Below, in pieces: positions 55,766-64,000 of a DNA stretch of 64,000 bases. The DNA is from Bacteroidales bacterium. Lineage in GTDB: Bacteria > Bacteroidota > Bacteroidia > Bacteroidales > F082. Position 1 is the first letter of the stretch. Each line of letters opens with the position of its first letter. The notes beneath the pieces are model-generated. The model was not told the origin of the DNA. It saw only the letters and a list, made by a program, of their open reading frames with translations, and made no database searches. The stretch covers positions 3,695 through 67,694 of the forward strand of contig JANJUV010000008.1 in the NCBI GenBank assembly GCA_024710405.1, written 5' to 3'. The translations under genes were made by a program, and so were the position numbers.

Positions 55766-58048
55766 ATGAAAAAGATTTTTCTTCCCGTCTTCATTCTGTT
55801 AATGATCAGCTCGGCCCTGTCAGCACAAGTAAGGGTATATGCCCCGGAGCTTAAAGCTCCTGTTGACGGAGCCATTGAGCAATCTCCTGACGCATTGCTC
55901 GACTGGAATGCTGTTACAGGAGAAGGCATCGAAATTCTGTATGAAGTCCAGCTTGCCGAGAATCCAGAGTTTACCAATGCAACGCTTTTCCCGGCAGTTT
56001 CTGTTACCTCATTAAAGATGAGCAATCTCCTGTTTGGTCATGTTTATTACTGGAGGGTGAGAGCAACTGACGCAGTTGAAACCAGTGATTGGTCAGTAAC
56101 CTGGTCGTTCACTGTAATCACCACCGTGTTGATCCAGTCACCAACCAATCTTGCAGTTGTAAGCCCCGACCCTGTTATTGTCTGGAAAGAACTCACAGGT
56201 GTTAACGGATATGATATTCAGGTAGATACTGCCTATAGCTGGTCAGTTCAGGCAGGAGTAACAAATGCTAAATTGAATGATGTGTTTGAAATTGATGAAA
56301 ACCACATCTGGTTTGTTGGAGACAACGGAACCATCATTCAAAAACTTGACGGAGAATGGATCAACATCCCCAACGTAACAACAGTTAACCTCTTTGATGT
56401 TTTCTTCACCGACAACAATAATGGATGGGTAGTTGGCGACAACGGCAAAATCTTCTACTACGATGGCAATGAATTCACAGAGCAAACCAGCGGGCTTACC
56501 ACTGCCATTAATGGTGTGTATTTCACCTCCCCGACCAATGGCTTTGCAGTAGGCAACGGTGGGAAAATCCTCCGCTTCGATGGAAACAACTGGACTCCTA
56601 TGACAGTAAACCTGACTGCTGACCTGCTTGCCATCAATGGAAACGGAGAAAACAATATCTGGGCAGTTGGTAAAACCGGTAAATATGCTCAGTTTAACGG
56701 AACTACATGGACAGATGGCTCTTATTCAAATCGCGACATGAACGATGTTTGGGTAACTGCGGCCGGAAAAGTATGGGTAGCTGCGAAAGCCGGCCGTATT
56801 TTTAATTACGACGGCACTTCCTGGTCAGAACAAACTGTTGGGGCACCCCCTAGAGACCTTCAGGGAGTGTGCTTCCTAAATGAGCAGAATGGATATATTG
56901 TTGGAAACAATGGTACATTATTGTATTTCAATGGACTTGTCTGGCAAACCCTTGCAAGTGGCACCACCGAGAATATCAATGGTATCTATCTGGCAAGTGA
57001 TCAAAGCGGATATCTCACCGGTAATGCAGGTACAATCATAAAATATCAGGGTGAAGGATTCAACAGCCCCTATTTACACAACTATTCAACACCCGGTGGC
57101 ATTCTTGAGTTTAAACTGGATAAACTACTTTTTGGTCAGCCGCATTATTTCCGGGTAAGGGCCAAACATGCCGCTGACATTTCTGAATGGAGTCCGGCAA
57201 GTTCATTCAAGGTTATTGACAAACCTGTGCTGACCTCACCGGCAGCAAATGCAACCAATATTGCTCTCGACACACTTGTTAAGTGGCAAGCTATTTCAGG
57301 AGTTGCCAAATACTCAATTCAACTCTCTGATAATATCGAGTTTGATAATCCAAGATTGTTTGAATCAACCGTTCCTGAATATAGATTTGATGAGCTGGTA
57401 TTTAGTCATGATTATTGGTGGAGGGTAAACGCACGCCACGCTGTTGATATCTCTGATTGGTCTGAACCAAGGAAGTTTTCAACAGCCAATACCGTTACTT
57501 TGGTCAGTCCGGCCAATAATGCAACTGACGTAAGCCTTTTGCCCCGATACGAGTGGCAGGCAATCAGAGGAACAGAAAAATACATGGTACAACATGGTAA
57601 GGATAATACTTTTGGGGTAACCGAAACTGATATTGTTACTGATGCATTTTACCAGACTATTTTCCAACTCGAGAAACAAATGACATATTACTGGAGGGTA
57701 AAAGCAATTCAGGGTCTTGATTCCACTAATTGGAGTCCTGTAAGGAGTTTTATCACAGAAGGTGAAACTTCAGTAGGCGAGCTCAATTTTTCAGGTGGAA
57801 TATCAGTTTATCCTAACCCCGGAAAAGATGTATTTACAATTACCCTAAATCAGATCATGACGGGTTCCTTCACTATTGAGGTGTACAACCTGACAGGCAC
57901 AAAAGTCTTTGAACAAACAAATCAGCCCACAGCATTATCAGGCCTGACCCAGGCAACCATTGACTTGAGTCTGCTAAGTAAAGGCATGTATCTGTTAAGG
58001 GTTTCTGACGGGAAGACAATACGCACCAAAAGAATCATCATAGAATAA
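55766..58048 (+). CDS. Secreted FN3-like / 7-bladed propeller (Ycf48-like repeats) protein with T9SS C-terminal sorting domain
   Basis: Signal peptide. Four modules end in [YF][YFW][WF]RV[RNK]A...[SD][DEN]WS. There are seven xWxVGxxGxIxxxDGxxW blades. The C-terminal sorting domain reads SVYPNPGKDVFTITL...IEVYNLTGTKVF...GMYLLRVSDGKTIRTKRIIIE. Confidence 0.8.
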   Translation: MKKIFLPVFILLMISSALSAQVRVYAPELKAPVDGAIEQSPDALLDWNAVTGEGIEILYEVQLAENPEFTNATLFPAVSVTSLKMSNLLFGHVYYWRVRATDAVETSDWSVTWSFTVITTVLIQSPTNLAVVSPDPVIVWKELTGVNGYDIQVDTAYSWSVQAGVTNAKLNDVFEIDENHIWFVGDNGTIIQKLDGEWINIPNVTTVNLFDVFFTDNNNGWVVGDNGKIFYYDGNEFTEQTSGLTTAINGVYFTSPTNGFAVGNGGKILRFDGNNWTPMTVNLTADLLAINGNGENNIWAVGKTGKYAQFNGTTWTDGSYSNRDMNDVWVTAAGKVWVAAKAGRIFNYDGTSWSEQTVGAPPRDLQGVCFLNEQNGYIVGNNGTLLYFNGLVWQTLASGTTENINGIYLASDQSGYLTGNAGTIIKYQGEGFNSPYLHNYSTPGGILEFKLDKLLFGQPHYFRVRAKHAADISEWSPASSFKVIDKPVLTSPAANATNIALDTLVKWQAISGVAKYSIQLSDNIEFDNPRLFESTVPEYRFDELVFSHDYWWRVNARHAVDISDWSEPRKFSTANTVTLVSPANNATDVSLLPRYEWQAIRGTEKYMVQHGKDNTFGVTETDIVTDAFYQTIFQLEKQMTYYWRVKAIQGLDSTNWSPVRSFITEGETSVGELNFSGGISVYPNPGKDVFTITLNQIMTGSFTIEVYNLTGTKVFEQTNQPTALSGLTQATIDLSLLSKGMYLLRVSDGKTIRTKRIIIE

Positions 58049-58076
58049 TATTTGATTCATTCGTAAACACTAATTT

Positions 58077-58107
58077 AAGAGGCTGTTCTGAACAGCCTCT
58101 TTTTTTA
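58077..58107 (+). terminator. Rho-independent terminator after the second T9SS cargo gene
   Basis: AAGAGGCTGTT, loop CTG, AACAGCCTCTT (an 11-bp perfect stem), followed by a T run that starts inside the 3' arm (CTCTTTTTTT). Confidence 0.8.
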
Positions 58108-58226
58108 ATATGGTTTATGCGTAGATAACACTCTGACAACAAAGTAAATTATACTGAACTGAACAAAATGATGCATTAAATCTGACTGAGAAACAAACAA
58201 AAACGAAAGTAATCAAAGTAAAGGAA

Positions 58227-58994
58227 TTAATACTTATTAAATCGTTTACCAAAACCTATGCTCAGGTAAAAGGTCAAAAACAATCGCTGATCCAGATCAT
58301 CGGCCATAATATTAACCCCTTGGGGGAATATATCCAGAGCAATACCTGCTTCAATTGACCTGATGCTTGTTTTGACATAACCAAACTCAGCATTTATTCC
58401 GGTCCTCATAAGAAAACCCGGTACCAGACTTATTTCGTTCAGACCCTTAGTAAAAGGAGCTCTACCATAAATGTCATCAATTGAAATACCAGAATGATAC
58501 TTTTCAGTTTCAATAACTGCCGAGTTGTTGTCAATCATTCGTCGAACAAAGAGGTAATATGGCTTTTGAATAGCCAAAGATGCTCCTGCTTCATATAGCC
58601 ATCTTAATTCAGCACCGCCCCAATAAGGCTTTCTGTTGAGTAGTTTTTTAGTACCATATCCGGCCCTCAGTATGAATACATCATTCAGTTTGCCGTAAAC
58701 GTATCTTTTGGCATTATTGTAATAGGGGTTGATAATTTTAAGTTGCTTGGGTGATCTGATACCTACCAGATCAATTGAAATAATTCGGGTATTGAAAGTA
58801 TTGCGGTTCAACCCGGTACGGTAACCGGCACCGAAACCCTGCGAATGAGCCACTAGAACTCCATAACGCTCATTGCTATAGATTAAGATATCTTCAAGGG
58901 TGTCGGGCTCTGCTTCGATCTGAGCAAAACCAATTAATGGCCAGCTAAATAGTGGCAATATAATAAAAAAAACCTTCAAGGCCCGGCAGATCAT
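58227..58994 (-). CDS. Hypothetical outer-membrane beta-barrel-like protein
   Basis: Signal peptide (KVFFIILPLFSWPLIGFAQ). Alternating hydrophobic and aromatic beta-strand patterns, with a C-terminal strand FYLSIGFGKRFNKY. I recognise no family. Confidence 0.6.
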   Translation of the reverse strand: MICRALKVFFIILPLFSWPLIGFAQIEAEPDTLEDILIYSNERYGVLVAHSQGFGAGYRTGLNRNTFNTRIISIDLVGIRSPKQLKIINPYYNNAKRYVYGKLNDVFILRAGYGTKKLLNRKPYWGGAELRWLYEAGASLAIQKPYYLFVRRMIDNNSAVIETEKYHSGISIDDIYGRAPFTKGLNEISLVPGFLMRTGINAEFGYVKTSIRSIEAGIALDIFPQGVNIMADDLDQRLFLTFYLSIGFGKRFNKY

Positions 58995-59037
58995 AATACG
59001 TGGTTATGACAACAATTGCACCTGGCCCGGTAATATC

Positions 59038-59166
59038 TCAATAGCGTGTTTCTTTCTGAAACTTGTGTGTTTCACCATATGCAGCACATTTGCTCGACGA
59101 CTTGCAAGAGGTCATGAAAAGGCCGGCAAGGAACACAACAGAAAGGATTACTACTATTTTTTTCAT
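59038..59166 (-). CDS. Small (42 aa) lipoprotein, below the ORF-track cutoff
   Basis: The reverse complement of 59166..59038 reads MKKIVVILSVVFLAGLFMTSCKSSSKCAAYGETHKFQKETRY*, checked codon by codon. It has a signal peptide and a lipobox Cys21. It lies 43 nt upstream of the beta-barrel gene on the same strand. Confidence 0.5.
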   Translation of the reverse strand: MKKIVVILSVVFLAGLFMTSCKSSSKCAAYGETHKFQKETRY

Positions 59167-59278
59167 AATTTTACCAGGTATGAAATTAAAAACTCAGTAC
59201 AAAGAAAACTGTTTTTCCTGAATTATTCAACCTTTTTAGGTTATATATTCTATCTGATTGAACACCAATATTATCTCA

Positions 59279-59962
59279 ATGAGTCAGATCAATCCTGATA
59301 TCGAAAAAAGCTGGAAAGAAGTACTTACAGCGGAGTTTAACGCACCATATTTTGCACAATTGAAGGAATTCCTCATTAATGAGCGGTCAAGCCACATGGT
59401 ATATCCCACCGGACGTGATATATTTAATGCATTCAATCTCACTCCGCTTCCGGCTGTAAAGGTCGTTATATTAGGTCAGGATCCTTATCATGGACCGGGA
59501 CAAGCACATGGATTATGCTTTTCTGTCCCAGAAGGCATCCAACATCCACCAAGTTTACAAAACATTTTTAAGGAGATTAGATCCGACCTTGGTATCAACC
59601 CTCCCCGATCAGGTAATTTAACCAAATGGGCAAAATCAGGTGTTCTTCTATTAAATGCTACACTGACCGTAAGGGCAGGACAAGCAGGTTCGCATCAGGG
59701 CAAAGGATGGGAGACATTTACTGATGCTGTAATTAAAGCAATATCTGACAACCGTGCAGGAGTGGTGTTTATGCTATGGGGGAATTATGCCCGCTCCAAA
59801 GAGGTGCTTATTGACAGCAACAGACATTTTATACTGCAAGCCCCTCATCCCTCACCATTGTCAGCTTCACGTGGATTTTTGGGCTGCAGGCATTTTTCAT
59901 CAGCAAATATTTATTTGAATTCCATTGGCATACAACCTGTTGATTGGAATCTGGGTGAGTAA
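59279..59962 (+). CDS. ung: Uracil-DNA glycosylase (family 1)
   Basis: Start moved to ATG 59279. Carries VILGQDPYHGPGQAHGLCFSV, LLLNATLTV and HPSPLSA. Confidence 0.93.
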   Translation: MSQINPDIEKSWKEVLTAEFNAPYFAQLKEFLINERSSHMVYPTGRDIFNAFNLTPLPAVKVVILGQDPYHGPGQAHGLCFSVPEGIQHPPSLQNIFKEIRSDLGINPPRSGNLTKWAKSGVLLLNATLTVRAGQAGSHQGKGWETFTDAVIKAISDNRAGVVFMLWGNYARSKEVLIDSNRHFILQAPHPSPLSASRGFLGCRHFSSANIYLNSIGIQPVDWNLGE

Positions 59963-60061
59963 GAGTTACCATACTCATTTATAATGGGAATTATTTACTT
60001 CTATGCGTAATTGCTTTTTTTACTAATTTGCACCGTTTTTACAAAAAATAACACAACCACT

Positions 60062-61276
60062 ATGAAAAAAACCTTACTATCAATTATGTTTATTCTTGGG
60101 TCATCACTTATGCTTTGGGCTGGTGGCTATCAGGTACGCCTTCAAGGCAACAAAAACACTGGTATGGGCCTAACAGGCGTTGGTCTGAATCTTGGATCCT
60201 CATCTGTTTTCTTTAATCCTGGTGCATTGGCCATGATGCAACAAAAGGCGGATTTCTCGTTGGGTGCCAGCATGATTCTTTCCAACGTGGCGTTCGAGAA
60301 ATCCGGCACCGATTACAGGTCCGAAACCGAAAGCAAACCGGGCACTCCATTTTATGCATATGGCGCCGGCAAAATAAATGACCGTTGGACAGTAGGATTG
60401 GGTGTTTATACCCCATTCGGCAGTTCAACAACCTGGCCTGATGATTGGGCAGGCAAACTGCTTATTAAGAACATCTCGCTTCAGGCAATATTCTTTCAGC
60501 CTACGGTTGCTTTTAAAGTCACTGACAAAATCGGGATAGGTGCAGGATTTGTTTATGCTACAGGCAAGGTTTCCATTGAACGAGGGCTTAACTACAGTCC
60601 AACAAGTCAGGTTGCCCTCGAAGGCAGTGCTGGCAACATTGGCTTCAATGCAGGCGTTTACTTTCAGGCAACCGAAAAACTTGCTATCGGAGTTGATTAC
60701 AGATCAAAGGTGATGATGGAAGTTTCCGGTGGAACGGCCACCTTCACCTTGCCCGAATCCTTGTATAACACCTTACCTGAAAAAAATGAGTTTGATGCAG
60801 AATTGCCACTACCTGCCAACCTCGACATCGGTCTCAGCTTTAAGGCTTCAGAAAAACTGACACTTGCCCTCGAGCTCAACTGGGTTATGTGGAGTGCATA
60901 CGATTCACTGAAATTCACTTTTAAGGAAAAAGGAGAATTGCTTAACTCATCAAACCCACGGAAATACAAAGACAATTTTATTCCGCGTATCGGCGCCAGT
61001 TATCTTGTTAATGACAAACTTTGCGTCAGGTTAGGCGGTTATTATGACCCGACACCAACCGATGAGGAATATTTTACTCCTGAAACAGTAAGCTTGAACA
61101 CCGCTGCCTTTACATTCGGGCTTTCATATATGCCTGTGAAGAATCTGAGTATCGATATTTCTTACCTGCAAACAATTGGTTTACAGTCAGAGCGCAGCTA
61201 TAAACCAGATCAATTCTCTGGATATTACAAAACATCAGCCTCAATACCCGGATTAGGCATTTCGTATCAATTCTAA
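60062..61276 (+). CDS. Outer-membrane hydrophobic-compound transport protein (OMPP1/FadL/TodX family)
   Basis: Start moved to ATG 60062 (MKKTLLSIMFILGSSLMLWA). N-terminal GGYQVRLQGNKNTGMG and a C-terminal strand IPGLGISYQF. Confidence 0.85.
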   Translation: MKKTLLSIMFILGSSLMLWAGGYQVRLQGNKNTGMGLTGVGLNLGSSSVFFNPGALAMMQQKADFSLGASMILSNVAFEKSGTDYRSETESKPGTPFYAYGAGKINDRWTVGLGVYTPFGSSTTWPDDWAGKLLIKNISLQAIFFQPTVAFKVTDKIGIGAGFVYATGKVSIERGLNYSPTSQVALEGSAGNIGFNAGVYFQATEKLAIGVDYRSKVMMEVSGGTATFTLPESLYNTLPEKNEFDAELPLPANLDIGLSFKASEKLTLALELNWVMWSAYDSLKFTFKEKGELLNSSNPRKYKDNFIPRIGASYLVNDKLCVRLGGYYDPTPTDEEYFTPETVSLNTAAFTFGLSYMPVKNLSIDISYLQTIGLQSERSYKPDQFSGYYKTSASIPGLGISYQF

Positions 61277-61295
61277 ACTAAAAAAATTACTTATC

Positions 61296-62696
61296 ATGAA
61301 ATACAGAATACTATTCATTGCATTGGTTTTCATCGGTTTTTGGTCGTGTAAGCCTGAATTGAACGAGTTTGAAGCCAAAAAAGGGTCGGCCGATTTTACA
61401 ACCTTTGTTGCCGGCGGCAACTCGCTTACTGCAGGCTTTACTGACGGCGCTCTCTATAAATCAGCACAGGAGCAATCATATGTTGCCATACTGGCTAAAC
61501 AATTTGAATCAGTAGGAAGACAAGGTGCATTCAATATCCCTATGATCAATTCTGAAGACGGTGTCGGCACACGGGGTCCTGCATTAGTTACAAAAATGAA
61601 AATGGGTTTCAGCACTGACTGCAACGGAAACACTTCACTTGCACCTGTGATGGCCAACCCGGCAGTTTCTCAGGCAGAGCTCTTTCAGTTGCTTACTACT
61701 TCAGTGGCTGCTACCGGACCATTCCATAATCTTGGTGTCCCGGGAGCAAAAGTCACCCACCTGCTTGCACCAGGGTATGGTCAGCTTAATCCATTTTATG
61801 GTAGATTTATGTCATCCCCCACAAGTTCAGTTGTGCAGGAATTAGCAGCAACACAACCCAGTTTCTTTACATTATGGATTGGCAATAATGACGTATTGGG
61901 ATACGCCATTGGTGGCGGACTTGGTGACGTAATAACACCTGTTGAAGGCGCACCAGGACAAGGATTTGCCGCAAGTTATGAAGCCGTTGTTGCGAGTTTT
62001 AAACAAACTGCAACTGCAGGTGCAGTAGCCAATATCCCTGACATTACTTCAATACCTTATTTCCGCACTGTACCTTACAATCCTGTAGTTTTCGCTGAAA
62101 AAGACAGCTTATTGATTAATTTTATAAATTCACAATATGCTGCCTATAATGCAGGAATGCAATCAGTTGGTCTGCCTTACCGGATCAATTTTGCCGTAGG
62201 TGCTAATGCACTAGTCATCGAGGATAACAGCATGCCCATCCCGGAAGGGGTGCCAATTCCTAAAATTCGTCAAATGACCAATGAAGAATTGGTGCTTTTG
62301 TCAATTCCTCAGGACTCATTGAAATGTGGTGGATGGGGAGTTGCTAAAGCTGTGCCTGACCAGTTTATACTGACTCAGGGCGAAGTAGCCAATATAAAAA
62401 CTGCTGTTTCTGCCTTTAATCAGGTTATTGCCTATACAGCCCAAACACACAATCTGGCGCTGGTTGATGTGAACGCATTCATGCAACAAGCTGCCACCGG
62501 AGGTGTAAAGTTTGACGGGGTTACATTCACCGCTAATTTTGTAACCGGCAATATTTTTTCAACTGATGGAATACATCTGACCCCACAGGGAAATGCAGTT
62601 GTGGCCAACTACTTTATCGATGCCATCAATGCAAAATACAATGCCAGCGTACCTAAGGTGGTAATCACTGATTTCAGCGCTGTAATTCTGCCATAA
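61296..62696 (+). CDS. SGNH/GDSL-type hydrolase lipoprotein
   Basis: Lipobox FIGFWSC. Block I is VAGGNSLTAGF (GNSL rather than GDSL). Block III is LWIGNNDVLGY. Block V is FSTDGIHLTPQGNAVVANY. Confidence 0.75.
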   Translation: MKYRILFIALVFIGFWSCKPELNEFEAKKGSADFTTFVAGGNSLTAGFTDGALYKSAQEQSYVAILAKQFESVGRQGAFNIPMINSEDGVGTRGPALVTKMKMGFSTDCNGNTSLAPVMANPAVSQAELFQLLTTSVAATGPFHNLGVPGAKVTHLLAPGYGQLNPFYGRFMSSPTSSVVQELAATQPSFFTLWIGNNDVLGYAIGGGLGDVITPVEGAPGQGFAASYEAVVASFKQTATAGAVANIPDITSIPYFRTVPYNPVVFAEKDSLLINFINSQYAAYNAGMQSVGLPYRINFAVGANALVIEDNSMPIPEGVPIPKIRQMTNEELVLLSIPQDSLKCGGWGVAKAVPDQFILTQGEVANIKTAVSAFNQVIAYTAQTHNLALVDVNAFMQQAATGGVKFDGVTFTANFVTGNIFSTDGIHLTPQGNAVVANYFIDAINAKYNASVPKVVITDFSAVILP

Positions 62697-62716
62697 TAGT
62701 TTTTAACACGATAACT

Positions 62717-62754
62717 GAGGGCAATATGCACATCATATTGCCCTCTCCTTTTTT
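62717..62754 (+). terminator. Rho-independent terminator after the SGNH hydrolase gene
   Basis: GAGGGCAATATG (62717..62728), loop CACAT, CATATTGCCCTC (62734..62745), then TCCTTTTTT. Confidence 0.85.
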
Positions 62755-62757
62755 CAC

Positions 62758-63339
62758 ATGAAAGAGATCGTATTTGCTACCAACAACAACCACAAGCTTG
62801 CAGAAATCAGGCAAATGATTCCTGAAGAGTTTCGAATTATTTCCCTTGCAGATATCGGCCTGACAGATGAAATTCCGGAAACCGCCGAAACAATTAGCGG
62901 TAATGCCTTGCTTAAGGCACGCTACGTGTACGAAAGGTATGGAAAAGACTGCTTCGCGGATGACACAGGATTAGAAGTTTTAGCACTTAATGGTGCACCC
63001 GGTGTTTATTCAGCCCGGTATGCAGGTCTGTCTTGTTCCTATGCCGACAATGTGAACAAACTATTGAAAGAAATGAATGGCGTTGTGGATCGTAAAGCTA
63101 AGTTTATTACTGTGATTGCCTTAGTTTTTAATGGAACTGAATATTTATTTGAAGGAACAGTATCCGGACAGATTACACTACAACCAGTCGGCACCAGTGG
63201 CTTTGGCTATGATCCAGTTTTTCTGCCCGATTTTCAGAAATTAACATTTGCTGAAATGCATCCTGCCTTAAAAAATGAGATAAGTCATCGCGGAAAAGCA
63301 GTTCAGCAACTAATCGCATTTCTTCGGAAAGAACAATAA
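62758..63339 (+). CDS. rdgB: Non-canonical purine NTP pyrophosphatase (RdgB/HAM1)
   Basis: Carries [43 protein letters not shown] and SHRGKA. Confidence 0.92.
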   Translation: MKEIVFATNNNHKLAEIRQMIPEEFRIISLADIGLTDEIPETAETISGNALLKARYVYERYGKDCFADDTGLEVLALNGAPGVYSARYAGLSCSYADNVNKLLKEMNGVVDRKAKFITVIALVFNGTEYLFEGTVSGQITLQPVGTSGFGYDPVFLPDFQKLTFAEMHPALKNEISHRGKAVQQLIAFLRKEQ

Positions 63340-63341
63340 GA

Positions 63342-64000
63342 TTATTCATCAATTACATTGTCAAGGGCCATTCGGAATAACTCAGTCAGACTTATTCCCA
63401 TAACCTCAGCCTGTTTTGGCAATATACTTGCCCTTGAAATACCCGGAACAGTATTTACCTCAAGGAAGAACAGTCTGCCTTTGCTCACAATGAAGTCGAA
63501 TCTCACGAAACCTTTGCAGCTTAATGCCCTGAAAAGCATTGCAGCCGTAGTCTTAATCTTTGTTTCAATGCTGTGTGAAATATCTGCCGGCGTTATTTCA
63601 TCGGCCATTCCGGGAGTGTACTTTGCCTCATAATCAAAAAATTCCTTTTTACTCACAATCTCGGTCACAGGAAATACCATCATTCCCTTCCGGGTTTGCA
63701 TCACTCCACATCCGAACTCCCTACCTTCAATAAACGACTCAACCAATACTTCATCGTCTTCCATCATGGCTTTGTGTACCGCGGGTTGAAATTGATCAGC
63801 ATGTTTAACCTTGGTTACGCCAACACTTGAGCCTCCATTATTTGGCTTAACAAACAAAGGAAGCCCGAGTTTGTCAATAATGGACACAATATCAATTTTA
63901 TGATCTCTTTTGAGCAGAACTGATTGTGCCACCCGAACACCATATGAGGAGACCAGTCTTTTGCAAAAATCCTTATTGAAGGTAAGCGCCGAAACAAGCA
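63342..64000 (-). CDS. ddl: D-alanine--D-alanine ligase, C-terminal part (5' end beyond the window)
   Basis: The frame stays open upstream of the listed GTG, all the way to the window edge (...SALTFNKDFCKRLVSSYGVRVAQSVLL...). ATP-grasp motifs: LFVKPNNGGSSVGV and FFLEVNTVPG. Confidence 0.9.
   Translation of the reverse strand, partial: LVSALTFNKDFCKRLVSSYGVRVAQSVLLKRDHKIDIVSIIDKLGLPLFVKPNNGGSSVGVTKVKHADQFQPAVHKAMMEDDEVLVESFIEGREFGCGVMQTRKGMMVFPVTEIVSKKEFFDYEAKYTPGMADEITPADISHSIETKIKTTAAMLFRALSCKGFVRFDFIVSKGRLFFLEVNTVPGISRASILPKQAEVMGISLTELFRMALDNVIDE

Noticed and set aside
59065-59298. The listed 77-aa plus-strand ORF.
   Set aside because: It has no signal or domain features, overlaps the ung upstream region, and lies antisense to a much more protein-like 42-aa lipoprotein ORF.

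Overview
A 64-kb chromosomal segment that looks like Bacteroidota. The diagnostic features are a fused lpxC-fabZ gene, the T9SS response regulator PorX, proteins ending in T9SS C-terminal sorting domains, a complete BatA-E aerotolerance operon, and many TAnnTTTG -7 promoter boxes. Coding density is high and most genes are housekeeping: lipid A synthesis (lpxD, lpxC-fabZ, lpxA, efp, and a second lpxD), aroB/aroA, purD, rnhB, ung, rdgB, ddl, tsaE and bcp. The rest are envelope loci: a small polysaccharide cluster (GT4, FkbM, flippase, two Wzz-like paralogs, O-antigen-ligase family); a TonB receptor with an exported pyrophosphatase and a metallophosphoesterase; FadL with an SGNH lipoprotein; and two large T9SS cargo proteins. 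I found no transposase, integrase, CRISPR array, tRNA/rRNA gene or recognisable defence island, so I cannot point to a clear-cut novel system. The leads worth following are: (1) the MoxR-DUF58-vWA Bat operon, which runs without a break into a ninth gene, a transglutaminase-like lipoprotein lacking the catalytic Cys; (2) two ORFs absent from the supplied track, a >967-codon beta-helix protein truncated by the window edge and a 42-aa lipoprotein upstream of a beta-barrel gene; (3) intergenic repeats, namely a compound 8-mer/7-mer microsatellite and a GCCACAAAG-type palindromic element present at two loci; (4) an exported family-I pyrophosphatase locus; (5) a beta-propeller nested inside an FN3-like module. 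All functional calls rest on motifs read by eye. No database search was possible.
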